This document shows positions 9,065 to 20,516 of a stretch of DNA of 64,000 nucleotides, one piece after another. Location: contig CAWGTL010000008.1 in NCBI GenBank assembly GCA_963825505.1, positions 48,411-112,410 on the forward strand, written 5' to 3'. A model generated the notes under the pieces. The model ran no database searches, was not told where the DNA came from, and saw nothing but the letters and a program-made list of their open reading frames with translations. The first letter of the stretch is position 1. Every line of letters begins with the position of its first letter. The stretch is from an uncultured Actinomycetota bacterium (lineage in GTDB: Bacteria > Actinomycetota > Actinomycetes > Actinomycetales > CAWJMD01). Made by a program: the position numbers and the translations under genes.

Positions 9065-10498
9065 CTACTGCGGGAGCAGGTCCTCGCCGTCGTCGCTGCG
9101 CCAGTCGATCGAGAGCAGCGTCGCGTCGTCGGTGAGCTCCTGCTGGTGCCGGAGCAGGGCGCGGACGACCCGGCGCATCGTCTCCGGTGCCGGCAGGTGG
9201 GGGTCGTCGGTACGAGCCAGCAGGTCGACCAGGCGCGGCAGCCCGAACGGCGTCCCGTCGTGCCCCTGCGCGTCGGTGACCCCGTCGGTGTACAGGACCA
9301 GCCGGTCGTCGGGCTGGAGCTTCGCGGTGCCGACCACGTAGGCGCCGGCGTCGGCCAGAGCAGGCCCCAAGCCGAACGGCTGCGACGGCTCGACGTGCAG
9401 CGTGCGTGCCAGCCTGCCGGCCCGCAGCACCAGGGGTTCGGGGTGCCCCGCGTTGATCCACGACAGCTCTCCGGTCTCGGTGTCGAGCTCGCCGACGAGG
9501 GCGCTGCAGTACATCTCGTCGTGGGAGAACGCGCGCACGGCCTCGTCGAGCGCCCGCGCGGTGTCCGGGAGCGAGCGCCCTGCGCGACGGGCGTTGCGGT
9601 ACGCGGCGACGGCCAGCACCGACAGGTGCGCGCTCTGCAGGCCGTGGCCCATGCCGTCGAAGATCGCGAACCGGGCCCAGCCCTCGTCGACGGCGTAGTC
9701 GACGGCGTCGCCCGCCACCGCGTAGGCGGGCTCGAGGGCGGCGGCGATCGTCACCTGGTGGCACGCGAACGTCAGCGGAGGCAGCGCGGACCACTGGAGC
9801 TCGGCGGCCAGACCCATGGGAGCCCGGCGGCAGGTCTGGACGATCGTGTCGCCGTAGAGGGTCTTGGTGACGACCAGCTCGGCCGCGAGCCCGGCGAGCC
9901 GGCGCAGCCGCAGCCCCAGCGCGCCGGTCGAGATCTCGTCCGGGGTGGTGCCTGCCGGCACCGTCACCCGAAGGACGCCGAGCCGCTCGGTGCCGTCGAG
10001 CAGCGGCAACCACACCACCGGCCCGGCCGCCCCGCTGCGGGCGGCGCCGGTCAGGATCCTCAGGTGCTGGTAGGCCCGGCCCGCGAGGGTGGTGTCGACC
10101 GCCAGCGGGGCAGCCCGCTCGGCGTCGTCGGCCTGGTCCGGACCGACGAACGGGACCAGGGCGATCTGCTGGAGGTCGGCGAGATACGCCGTCGCACCGA
10201 GGGCCCCGACGTCGACGGCGTACCGGTCGATCAGGGCCGGGAGCCCGTGCGCCGGCGTCAGGTGCGCCTCCTCCAGCATCGAGTCCACGGCAGCCTCGTA
10301 GCGGGTGACGCCCGCGGGCAGCACCGGTGCCGGGCGGGTGGGCGAGACGATCTCCCACGCCTCCACGCGCGCCGCCGCGATCAGCTCCGCCAGCCGGTCG
10401 CGCGTCAACCGCGAGCCGTCGGCGAGGAGCATCTCGTCGTCGGTGCCGCCGCCCCCGCCGCCGGAAGATGCGTCGGTCGGGTCGGAGCTGTCGTCCAC
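9065..10498 (-). CDS. PP2C/SpoIIE-family serine phosphatase with an N-terminal sensor (GAF-like) region
   Basis: PP2C motifs are present (FAIFDGMGHGLQSAHLS...WINAGHPEPLV...LVLYTDGVTDA). Start set at the GTG at 10498 (VDDSSDPTD...). The 640-aa ORF upstream of that point is Arg/His-rich junk. Confidence 0.8.
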   Translation of the reverse strand: MDDSSDPTDASSGGGGGGTDDEMLLADGSRLTRDRLAELIAAARVEAWEIVSPTRPAPVLPAGVTRYEAAVDSMLEEAHLTPAHGLPALIDRYAVDVGALGATAYLADLQQIALVPFVGPDQADDAERAAPLAVDTTLAGRAYQHLRILTGAARSGAAGPVVWLPLLDGTERLGVLRVTVPAGTTPDEISTGALGLRLRRLAGLAAELVVTKTLYGDTIVQTCRRAPMGLAAELQWSALPPLTFACHQVTIAAALEPAYAVAGDAVDYAVDEGWARFAIFDGMGHGLQSAHLSVLAVAAYRNARRAGRSLPDTARALDEAVRAFSHDEMYCSALVGELDTETGELSWINAGHPEPLVLRAGRLARTLHVEPSQPFGLGPALADAGAYVVGTAKLQPDDRLVLYTDGVTDAQGHDGTPFGLPRLVDLLARTDDPHLPAPETMRRVVRALLRHQQELTDDATLLSIDWRSDDGEDLLPQ

Positions 10499-11367
10499 AG
10501 GGCCAGGCCTTCCCTCGGGATGCGCGTCGCCGCATCCTCGCACGCGTGGCGCTGCTCGCACGCCCGTCGCCGGGCAGGGCCGACGCCGGACGCGTGACGT
10601 CACGATCCGTGATCGGCTGGTACGGCCACCACCACGGGTCGCGGGCACGTGAACCGGGTCCAGACCGTGGCGCGTTGGATGACCCCGGCCCCGGTCGTCC
10701 TGTCGTCGACGCCGCGCCCTTCGGCCTGGACGGGGGAGTGGCACGAGCTGGCGAGCGACGTCGACCGGTCCCCGTCCGCGACCCGGAGGCGGGCGGGGTG
10801 CTGCACTGGGCACCCCTCGGCTCCCCGGGCTGCGCGCGCGGGTGCGGCGGTCGCGGCCCGGGTCGTCGCCGCCCGTCCCTCGCTCGTCGTGGTGGACGTC
10901 TCGGTCGAGGTGACCCTGCTGGTGCGCCTGCTCGGCGTGCCTGTGGTGGTCGTGGCCATGCAGGGGGACCGGGACGACCGCCCGCACGTCGCGGCCTACG
11001 ACGCGGCGACCGCTCTGCTCGCTCCCTGGCCTCGTGACGCCGAGGTCGGCGGGCTCGATCGTCGGAGCGCCAAGACCATTCGCACCGGGGCGTTCTCACG
11101 CCATGACGGTCGGTCCTCCCGGCTCGAGCATGCGCGGGGGCCGCCACTGCGCGTCCGGGACGTCGGTAGGCGGGCGCGGGTCGGGCAGGCGGTCGACGTC
11201 GTCGCCGGGACCGAGAGGTGGCGCACGTACACGTGGTTGGTCGGCACCGACGCGACCACCAAACCCATGCGAGACCTCGGGACGTGCCGACGGACACCGG
11301 TCTTGGCCCGTGCTGCAGCCTGGTGCGTCACGCTAGCCGCGACCGTGGGCGGGAGCGAGCCGGGCGC

Positions 11368-13011
<1,644 letters not shown>

Positions 13012-13327
13012 GGCACGATCCTCGCGCACGACGACGGCGTCCCCGTCGTCGGCCGTCGCCGCGGACGTCGTCCTGTCCACCGGTGACTTCGCGGTGATCA
13101 TCCCGACCACCGGACTGGTCGAACTGGGCAGGTCGGGACAGCACCTGGAGCTCCGCGGCGTCAACGAGCAGATCGCCGGCCAGGATCTCGTCCCGATCAC
13201 GCTGGACGTCGAGCCGGTCGAGGTACGACCGGACGAGGCCGGCGGTGGGTGATCGGGGACCGGTCCCGTGCTGACGGTTCCGCAGATCCGGCCGGGCGAC
13301 TCGGCCCTGCAGCAGAGAGCCTCTCGC

Positions 13328-14575
13328 TCAAGACGGTCCTGTCGAGCCGCCTGCCGCGGTCGGGTCGTGCTCCTCCGGTCTGCCGACCCCCGGTGACGGA
13401 CCTCGCGCTCGGCGGCGTTGCTCGGCTCGCGCGAAGGCGTGCGCGATCGGCACGTCGGTGGAGGAGTGCGCGAGGATCGAGGCCGCGATGACCAGGGCCA
13501 CCAGGTGGAACATCTCGTCCGCGCGGGGCACGTCGGCCTCGAGGATGAGCAGGCCGTACACCACCGAGGCGAAGCCCTTCGGCCCGAACCAGGCGGCGAC
13601 GGCTCGCTGCGGTCGCGGGAGGTTGCTGCCCAGCAGGGCGAGACCGATCGCCAGCGGCCGGGCGGCGAGCAGGGCCAGCAGCGCGAAGACATAGCCCGAG
13701 AAGGGGATCTCGCCGAGGAAGGACGGCGAGATCAGGGCGCCGAACACCAGGATCGCAGCCAGCTTGAGCAGCTCGGTGACCAGCTCCCCGAACTCGGCGA
13801 ACGAGGTCTCGACGTCCGGGGCGAGGGTGGCGATCGTGATGCCGGCGGTGAAGGCGGCCAGGAACAGGTTGGCGTGCGTGGCGCTGGCGATGGCGAGAAC
13901 CATCAGCCCGATCGACAACCCTCCCAGGGAGGCGTACAGGGGCGTCGACGAGGTGAACCGGCTACGCAGCAGGAGAACCGACGCAGCCGGCACCACGACA
14001 CCGAGCGCGACTCCCAGCGCGAGCTCGGTGACCAGATCGAGGGCCGGGACGTCGTCGCGCGCCAGCACCGAGATCAGGACGAGCACCACGGGAAGTGCGA
14101 GACCGTCGTTGAGCCCGCTCTCGACGTTGAGCAGGGACCGCAGGCGAGCCGGCACCTCCGCCCGACCCACGATGGCCGAGGCGAAGACCGGATCGGTCGG
14201 AGCGAGCACGGCTCCGACGAGCATCGCCTCCGTCCACGACAGGCCCGCGACGTAGTGGGCCAGCACCGCGGTGACGGCGAAGGTGAGGGGCATGCCCAGC
14301 ACCAGCGCGCGCCCGGGGAGGCGCCACGCGCGACGCAAGTCGTTCAGTCCGACCCGCATGCCGTCGGTGTAGAGCACGCTGAAGAGCGCGAGCTCGGCCA
14401 GCCCGACGACGATGCCGTCGTCCGGCTCGAGGTGCAGGATCCCCGTCATGCCCTCGCCGAGAACGAATCCCGCGAGGAGGAAGAGCACCGCGGTCGACAG
14501 CACCGTGCGGTGCGCGACACCGGAGATCAGCACCCCGACGAAGAGCACCACCGCGAACGCCAGGAGCACCGCCAT
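13328..14575 (-). CDS. cation:proton antiporter (CPA1, Na+/H+ exchanger family)
   Basis: Polytopic 415-aa protein. Motifs LAPTDPVFASAIVG and LLNVESGLNDGLALP are typical of NhaP/CPA1. Confidence 0.85.
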   Translation of the reverse strand: MAVLLAFAVVLFVGVLISGVAHRTVLSTAVLFLLAGFVLGEGMTGILHLEPDDGIVVGLAELALFSVLYTDGMRVGLNDLRRAWRLPGRALVLGMPLTFAVTAVLAHYVAGLSWTEAMLVGAVLAPTDPVFASAIVGRAEVPARLRSLLNVESGLNDGLALPVVLVLISVLARDDVPALDLVTELALGVALGVVVPAASVLLLRSRFTSSTPLYASLGGLSIGLMVLAIASATHANLFLAAFTAGITIATLAPDVETSFAEFGELVTELLKLAAILVFGALISPSFLGEIPFSGYVFALLALLAARPLAIGLALLGSNLPRPQRAVAAWFGPKGFASVVYGLLILEADVPRADEMFHLVALVIAASILAHSSTDVPIAHAFARAEQRRRARGPSPGVGRPEEHDPTAAGGSTGPS

Positions 14576-14664
14576 CGCCGGACCCTATCCCCGGCATCGC
14601 TCCCGAGGGGGCCGCTCACCTGGGCGGCTAGGCTCCGGAACCACCCGACGAGAAGGGGCCGCTC

Positions 14665-15180
14665 ATGTGGTTCGACGACTGGAACGACCTCGTCCGGATC
14701 ATCGTGGTGGCGCCGGTCGCCTACTGCTCACTGGTGGCGGTCTTGCGCCTCACCGGCAAGAGGACGCTGTCGAAGCTCAACGCCTTCGACCTGGTCGTCA
14801 CCGTGGCGATCGGGTCGACCCTCGCGACGGTGGTGCTCAGCGCGGACGTCAGCATCGCCGAAGGGGTCCTGGCCCTGATCCTCCTGGTCGTCCTGCAGCT
14901 CGTCGTCACCTGGACCTCGGTGCGCTTCCGCGTCGTCGAACGGTTGGCGAAGTCGGAGCCGACGCTGGTGTACCGCAACGACTTCCTCGACGCGGCGATG
15001 CGGCGCGAACGCGTGACGCGGGACGAGGTCCGACAGGTCGCCCGCGCGGAGGGGCACGCCACCCTGGACGGCGTCGCCGCCGTCGTGCTCGAGACGGACG
15101 GCACGCTGAGCATCCTGGACGCCGTCCCGACCGACCTGCCTGGGTCTGAGGACCGTCACCCCGGCCGCGACCGCGCGTAG
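14665..15180 (+). CDS. DUF421 (YetF-like) membrane protein
   Basis: RLTGKRTLSKLNAFDLVVTVAIGSTLA and a C-terminal ..RRERVTRDEVRQVARAEGHATLDGVAAVVLETDGTLSI match the DUF421 pattern. Confidence 0.8.
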   Translation: MWFDDWNDLVRIIVVAPVAYCSLVAVLRLTGKRTLSKLNAFDLVVTVAIGSTLATVVLSADVSIAEGVLALILLVVLQLVVTWTSVRFRVVERLAKSEPTLVYRNDFLDAAMRRERVTRDEVRQVARAEGHATLDGVAAVVLETDGTLSILDAVPTDLPGSEDRHPGRDRA

Positions 15181-16385
15181 AGGCGTCGACCCGGTAGCGA
15201 CGTCACGCCGAAGACGACGACACCGACCGCGACGACCAGCGTCCCCGCAGCGAACAACCGCTCGTCCTGGACGCCCTCGTGCGCCGCGTGCGCCAGGTAG
15301 AAGAGCGCGCTGACGCCCATCGGCCCGAACCACCCGAGGAACGAGGCGTCAGCCCGCGCGAGCCCCAGGGGCCGTGCGAGCAGGAGGACGACGGGCAGCC
15401 GTCGGAGCAGCAGCACGGCCGGCACGAAGACGAGCGCGGCCGGTCCGAGGTCCCACCACCCGTGCAGCGGCAGGACCAGACCGAGGACCAGGAAGAGCGG
15501 CAGCACGGCGTACCTGTTGACCGCTTCGTCGATGCCCTCCTGCGCCACCCGAGGGTCGTCCCCGACGACGCGGTTGTAGGCCAGGCCGGCGACGAAGACC
15601 GCCAGCACACCCGCGGTCCCGGCCACGCGCGCCAGGCCCAGCACGGCGACGGCCAGCAGCAGCGTGAACACCAGCTCCGGTCCTCGCGTCACCGTCCTGC
15701 GCCGGACCGCGGAGTCCATCAGCCGGCCCGCGCCCGCCCCGGTCACCAGGCCGATGAGCGTTCCGCCCAGCACCTCCCAGGCGAGCCGGCCGACGGCGTC
15801 CCCAGCGCTGGTCGCCGGCAGCACGGCCGCCACCGCCAGACCGACGAGCGGCAGCGCGAGTCCGTCGTTGGCCCCGCTCTCGACGGTGATCAGCTTGCGC
15901 AGGCGTGCGGGCAGGTCCTTCGTGGCCGGCTCCCCGGAGACGACCGATGCGGCGAGCACGGGGTCGGTGGGGCTCAGGCAGGCGCCGACCAGCAGAGCCA
16001 GCGCCATCGGCAACCCGAGGAGCAGCGACGCCGCTCCTGCTGCCAGCGCCATGACGGGCATCACGACGACGAGCAGGACCAGCACAGGTCGGACGAGGCA
16101 GCGCAGCCCGGTCGCCGGGAACCGCAGGGCCGCCGCCATCACCGACCACGCGAGCAGCAGCCTGCTGCCTTCCAGCAGGGTCGTGTCGCGCTGCTCGGGT
16201 GTCAGCTCGAGCGCCCCGAGCAGGTACGGCCCGAGGACCACCCCGGCACCGAGCATGACCATGGGCTCGGTGAGCGGGAGGTTCCTGAGCTGACGGCTGC
16301 GGAGCGCCAGCAGCACCCCGCACGTCCCGACCACCGCGTAGACCAGGTGCACGCGCTCCATCCGTCTCGGTCGCCGGAGGTCCAC
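15156..16385 (-). CDS. cation:proton antiporter (CPA1 family), second copy
   Basis: Polytopic 409-aa protein with LSPTDPVLAASVVSG and LITVESGANDGLALP. An alternative start lies at 16361 (MERVHLVYAVVG). Confidence 0.8.
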   Translation of the reverse strand: MDLRRPRRMERVHLVYAVVGTCGVLLALRSRQLRNLPLTEPMVMLGAGVVLGPYLLGALELTPEQRDTTLLEGSRLLLAWSVMAAALRFPATGLRCLVRPVLVLLVVVMPVMALAAGAASLLLGLPMALALLVGACLSPTDPVLAASVVSGEPATKDLPARLRKLITVESGANDGLALPLVGLAVAAVLPATSAGDAVGRLAWEVLGGTLIGLVTGAGAGRLMDSAVRRRTVTRGPELVFTLLLAVAVLGLARVAGTAGVLAVFVAGLAYNRVVGDDPRVAQEGIDEAVNRYAVLPLFLVLGLVLPLHGWWDLGPAALVFVPAVLLLRRLPVVLLLARPLGLARADASFLGWFGPMGVSALFYLAHAAHEGVQDERLFAAGTLVVAVGVVVFGVTSLPGRRLYARSRPG

Positions 16386-16618
16386 GCTCCCACACGCTCC
16401 CTGGGTGCTGCGCAGGAGCGTGCTCCCGACCGGAGCGGTCGGAGTAACGCCGAGACGCTCTCGGCCGATGCTCGCTACGAACGCCTCGACGACACCCGGG
16501 CGCGGTGGGGACCGCTCCCGCCCGGGTCACGAGGGGCATCGGACCCGGGCGGGGGCCGCACCGCGGCTGGGAGCGACGTGCCGGGGCGGTCTGCGTCCGG
16601 CGGCCCTAGGCTCGCCCC

Positions 16619-17398
16619 ATGACCGAGCGGCAGCCGGTGGAGTGCTGGCTCACCGACATGGACGGCGTGCTGGTGCACGAGGGGACCGCGCTGCCCGGGG
16701 CGTCTGACTTCATCGACCGGCTGGTCGCCCGCGAGCGCCGGTTCCTCGTGCTGACCAACAACTCGATCTACACCCCCCGCGACCTCGCGGCGCGGCTCCG
16801 GGCCAGCGGCCTCGTGGTGCCGGAGGAGTCGATCTGGACCTCCGCCCTGGCGACGGCGCAGTTCGTCTCCGACCAGGTCCCGGACGGGTCGGCGTACGTG
16901 ATCGGCGAGGCCGGGCTGACCACCGCGCTGCACGAGGTCGGCTACGTGATGACCGACACCGATCCCGACTACGTGGTGCTGGGGGAGACCCGCACCTACT
17001 CGTTCGAGGGCATCACCCGGGCGATCCGGCTGGTCGAGGCGGGCGCGCGCTTCATCGCCACCAACCCCGACCCGACCGGGCCGTCGGCGGAGGGGTCGAT
17101 CCCAGCCACCGGCGCGGTGGCCGCGCTCATCACGCGCGCCACCGGCGCGGAGCCCTACGTGATCGGCAAGCCGAACCCGATGATGTTCCGCTCGGCGATG
17201 GACCGGATCGACGCGCACTCGGCCACCACCGCGATGGTCGGCGACCGGATGGACACCGACGTCGTCGCCGGCATCGAGGCCGGCCTGGAGACCACTCTGG
17301 TCCTCACCGGCTCGACCCGGCGCGACCAGGTCGACCGGTTCCCGTACCGCCCGACGCGCGTCGTCGACTCGATCGCCGACCTCGTCGACCTGGTCTGA
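16619..17398 (+). CDS. HAD-IIA family hydrolase (NagD-like sugar phosphatase)
   Basis: [13 protein letters not shown] (DxDG motif), [15 protein letters not shown] and [13 protein letters not shown] are present. Confidence 0.85.
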   Translation: MTERQPVECWLTDMDGVLVHEGTALPGASDFIDRLVARERRFLVLTNNSIYTPRDLAARLRASGLVVPEESIWTSALATAQFVSDQVPDGSAYVIGEAGLTTALHEVGYVMTDTDPDYVVLGETRTYSFEGITRAIRLVEAGARFIATNPDPTGPSAEGSIPATGAVAALITRATGAEPYVIGKPNPMMFRSAMDRIDAHSATTAMVGDRMDTDVVAGIEAGLETTLVLTGSTRRDQVDRFPYRPTRVVDSIADLVDLV

Positions 17399-17402
17399 CC
17401 GG

Positions 17403-18290
17403 GTGCCGTCTGCCGACCCGGGCACGGACCCGGGCACCGTGCCGTGGCGCGAGGTGCTGCGCCGCCTCCCGCGCGCCACGACCTCCGCGCTCCGCGGGCC
17501 CGACCTGCCGCTGCACGGCGCCGCCCTGACGTTCTACGCCGCGCTCGCGGTCGTGCCGACCCTGCTCGTCGCCGCGCGCCTGGCGGTGCTGCTGGTGGGG
17601 CCGGACCGGATGGGCGAGCTGGCGGGGTCGCTCGAGGACGCGCTGCCGCAGGCGCTCGACGCCGGACCGGTCGCGCGTGCCCTGATCGAGAGCGGGATCC
17701 ACCTCGGGCTGCTCGGTGTCGTCGTGGCGGTGCTGCCTGCCAGCCTGTACGGCGAGGGTCTCCGTCGGGCCTGCGCCTCGCTCGGCGGGGTCGACGCCGG
17801 CCGGTTCGCCGGCTGGCGCGGACGGCTCGGCGCGCTGCCCGTGGTCGTCGTCGCGCCCGGTCTGCTCGTGGGCGTGCTCGCCGTGACGCCGCTGCTGGCC
17901 GACCTGCTCGGCACCGGCCCGGCGCGCACCGCGCTCGGCACCTACATCGGCCTGAACGTCACCTGGATCGCCCTCAGTGTGGTCCTGGCGTGGGTCTTCG
18001 TCGCGGTGGTGCCGGATGCCCCGCCACCGCGTCAGGCCGTCGTCGGCGGTGTGGTCACCGCCGCGTTCGTCGCCGGGTTCCTGCAGGGTTTCGTGCTGTT
18101 CCTCTCCCTGCCGATCGACCTCGGCCTGCCGTTCGGAGGGCTCACGGGGGTGGGCGCCGCCGTGGCGGTGCTGCTGTGGCTCTGGGTGCTCCACCTCGTG
18201 GTGCTCGTCGGCTGGGTGGCCACCCGGCAGGCGGGGCGGCTGCGGTCCGGCGCGCGCGACGACCTGCCCGAACGTATGATCGAACCGTGA
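17403..18290 (+). CDS. YihY/BrkB-family membrane protein
   Basis: LHGAALTFYAALAVVPTLLV is followed by about 5 further TM segments, the typical YihY layout. Confidence 0.7.
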   Translation: MPSADPGTDPGTVPWREVLRRLPRATTSALRGPDLPLHGAALTFYAALAVVPTLLVAARLAVLLVGPDRMGELAGSLEDALPQALDAGPVARALIESGIHLGLLGVVVAVLPASLYGEGLRRACASLGGVDAGRFAGWRGRLGALPVVVVAPGLLVGVLAVTPLLADLLGTGPARTALGTYIGLNVTWIALSVVLAWVFVAVVPDAPPPRQAVVGGVVTAAFVAGFLQGFVLFLSLPIDLGLPFGGLTGVGAAVAVLLWLWVLHLVVLVGWVATRQAGRLRSGARDDLPERMIEP

Positions 18291-18496
18291 CCGAGAACCA
18301 GCCCGTCACGGGCAGCCCCGAGAAGGACCCGCAGGAGTGGACCACCGGCGACGAGCCGGTCACCGGTCCGCAGCTGAGCTACCTGGAGACGCTCGCCCGC
18401 GAGGCAGGTGAGGAGGTCCCGGCCGACCTCACCAAGGCCAGGGCGTCCGAGCTCATCGACGAGCTGCAGCAGCGGACGGGCCGCGGCGCGTCCTGA
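18287..18496 (+). CDS. DUF3072-like small protein
   Basis: GTG at 18287 overlaps the upstream stop (GTGA). KDPQEWTTGDEPVTGPQLSYLETLAREAGEEVPADLTKARASELIDELQ matches my memory of DUF3072. Confidence 0.6.
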   Translation: MTENQPVTGSPEKDPQEWTTGDEPVTGPQLSYLETLAREAGEEVPADLTKARASELIDELQQRTGRGAS

Positions 18497-18521
18497 GCCG
18501 CGCACCGCTCGACCGGGGTGG

Positions 18522-18758
18522 TCAGCCCATCAGCCGTCCGACGAACAACAGGCTGGTGACCAGGACGACGAGCACGATCGCGGCGGCCACGAAGAACGGG
18601 GTCTTGCTGCGTCCGCCGGCTCCGGGCGTGGTGCGGCCGCCGGCCCCGCCGGTGTCGCCCGTCCCCGAGTCCGGCGGGGTCTCACCGGGCGGCACGCCGC
18701 CGCCCGGCTCGAGCCCGGTCGCGTCGGAGGGGTCGGGGTCGCGCGGTCCGCTGCTCAT
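18522..18758 (-). CDS. small Pro/Gly-rich protein with a C-terminal membrane anchor
   Basis: The ATG at 18758 overlaps the stop of the upstream reductase gene (ATGA). It has a single TM segment (FFVAAAIVLVVLVTSLLFVG) and is the last gene of the PKS operon. Confidence 0.45.
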   Translation of the reverse strand: MSSGPRDPDPSDATGLEPGGGVPPGETPPDSGTGDTGGAGGRTTPGAGGRSKTPFFVAAAIVLVVLVTSLLFVGRLMG

Positions 18759-19909
18759 GCACCCACCCTGCGTCCACGTCCACGACCTCGCACGCCGAGG
18801 AGCACCGCGCCGGCGGCCCGGGGGGTGAGGAGCCCGTCCCCGAGACCGACCTCCACCAGGGTGTCGAAGACGTACCGGTCGCGGGCGGCGGCGGCGATGC
18901 CCGCGTCGACCACGCGGGGTGAGCGGGTGAGCGCGGCCACGACGTCGGTGCCGAGCAGGTGGCGCCCGAGAGATCGCCGCAGGGCCGCCCGGTAGGCGCG
19001 CCCGGGGTCGGTGCTGTCGCCCACCGCCGCCTCGCCGGCCAGCCGCCCCGAGAGCACCGCGTAGTAGATCCCCTCGCCCGTCAGCGGGTTGATCATCCCC
19101 GCGGCGTCGCCCGCGAGGAGCACCCGGCCGTCCGGCTGACGGGCGCGACCGGTGCTCAGCGGCAGCAGGTGCGCCCGCCATCGCTGCGCCGCGTCGCCCG
19201 CGCCGGGCAGCAGCAGGTCGAGCCGCTGCAGCAGGTCGGCCCTCGTCAGCTCGCGGCCGGGCGACAGCACCTCGCCGTACCCCACGTTGGCCGTGCCGTC
19301 ACCAACCGGGAACGACCACGCGTACGCCGGCCACGACGTGGGCGCGAACGTGATCACCTGCGCCGCAGCGCGATCGGAGGTGACGGGTGCGTACCCACGG
19401 ATCGCGACGGCCGTCCTCCGCCGCGCGTGCACGCTGCCGACCGCCCGGCGCAGCACCGACCCGGCGCCGTCGGCCGCCACGAGTACCCGCGCTCGGATGC
19501 TCCCGTCGAGCACCACGTCGGCGCCCTGCCGCTCGACCGTCCGGACCCGGTGCCGGCGCAGCTCGGCCCCGCGCTGCACCGCAGCGCGCACGATCCGCTC
19601 GTCGAGCACGGCCCGTGGCACCACGTGCGCGGGCCGGTTCATGTCACCGGCCACGGCCGGGCCCGCGGGCCGACCGAGCTCGAGCCGGCTCACCGGCGGG
19701 TACCCGTCCGTGACACCGCGCACGTCGAGGTCGGCCAGCACGTCGACCGCGTGCGGCGCGATGCCGTCGCCGCATGCCTTGTCGCGCGGGAAGTCGTCGC
19801 GGTCGAGCAGCAGCACCCGGGCGTCCGGACGGCGGTCGAGCGCGGCGACCGCGGCGGTGCTGCCGGCGGGTCCGCCGCCGACGACGACGAGGTCCCAGGT
19901 CGCGCTCAC
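18755..19909 (-). CDS. geranylgeranyl reductase family FAD-dependent oxidoreductase
   Basis: Starts VSATWDLVVVGGGPAGSTAA (Rossmann GxGxxG). RDKACGDGIAP and LAGDAAGMINPLTGEGIYYA are typical of the GGR family. Confidence 0.85.
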   Translation of the reverse strand: MSATWDLVVVGGGPAGSTAAVAALDRRPDARVLLLDRDDFPRDKACGDGIAPHAVDVLADLDVRGVTDGYPPVSRLELGRPAGPAVAGDMNRPAHVVPRAVLDERIVRAAVQRGAELRRHRVRTVERQGADVVLDGSIRARVLVAADGAGSVLRRAVGSVHARRRTAVAIRGYAPVTSDRAAAQVITFAPTSWPAYAWSFPVGDGTANVGYGEVLSPGRELTRADLLQRLDLLLPGAGDAAQRWRAHLLPLSTGRARQPDGRVLLAGDAAGMINPLTGEGIYYAVLSGRLAGEAAVGDSTDPGRAYRAALRRSLGRHLLGTDVVAALTRSPRVVDAGIAAAARDRYVFDTLVEVGLGDGLLTPRAAGAVLLGVRGRGRGRRVGA

Positions 19910-19919
19910 CCGGACGTGC

Positions 19920-20516
19920 TCACCGAAGCGCCGGCGGCAGCTCGTCCGGGTCGGCCGTCGGCCAGCGCGACGGGTCCGGCCCGAGGGTGACGAGCTGGGC
20001 CACCTGCTCGGTGCACCAGGGCGACACCGCGCGCGACCCGTCCAGCACGGCGGCGGCGAACGCGGGCCAGGGCTCCCACTGCGTCTCCTCGACCTCGGTG
20101 GGGTCCGGGAGCAGGTCGTCGCCGACCGATCGGGCCACCAGGACGGGGCAGATCTCGTTCTCCACCACACCGTCCATCTCGGCGCGGTAGCGGAAGCGTG
20201 GCAGCACCACACGGGCGTCGGTGAGGACCAGCCCGAGCTCCTGCTCGGCGCGTCGGGTGGCGGCGCCGACGAGGTCCTCGCCGGGACCGGGGTGGCCGCA
20301 CACGGTGTTGGTCCACACGCCGGGGAAGGTGCGCTTGCCGAGGGCGCGTCGGGTGACGAGCAGCCGTCCCCGGCCGTCGAGCACGTAGGCCGAGAACGCC
20401 AGGTGCAGCGGGGTCTCCTCGTGGTGCACCAGGGCCTTGTCCATCGTCCCGGCGGCCCGCCCTCGCTCGTCGAGCAGCACGACCACCTCAGGCGTCTCGC
20501 GGGCGGTCGCGGTCAC
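19920..20516 (-). CDS. idi: isopentenyl-diphosphate delta-isomerase, type 1 (Nudix)
   Basis: LHLAFSAYVLDGRGRLLVTRRALGKRTFPGVWTNTVCGHPGPGE...ENEICPVLVA are classical IDI-1 motifs. Confidence 0.9.
   Translation of the reverse strand: MTATARETPEVVVLLDERGRAAGTMDKALVHHEETPLHLAFSAYVLDGRGRLLVTRRALGKRTFPGVWTNTVCGHPGPGEDLVGAATRRAEQELGLVLTDARVVLPRFRYRAEMDGVVENEICPVLVARSVGDDLLPDPTEVEETQWEPWPAFAAAVLDGSRAVSPWCTEQVAQLVTLGPDPSRWPTADPDELPPALR

Noticed and set aside
8172-11297. Very long antisense or alternative-frame ORFs. Examples are 8172..11297 (-, 1041 aa), 26039..28627 (-, 862 aa), 49251..52112 (-, 953 aa), 33459..35792 (-), 52725..54896 (-) and 42229..44124 (-).
   Set aside because: They are Arg/Pro/Gly/Ala-rich with no motifs, and they lie opposite or out of frame to genes with clear family signatures. 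Long stop-free shadow ORFs are expected at this GC content.
10996-11331. A minus-strand ORF with a glycosyltransferase-like N-terminus (MGLVVASVPTNHVYVRHLS).
   Set aside because: After about 20 aa the sequence becomes low-quality. The plus-strand frame-2 reading has much stronger third-position GC bias over the same bases.
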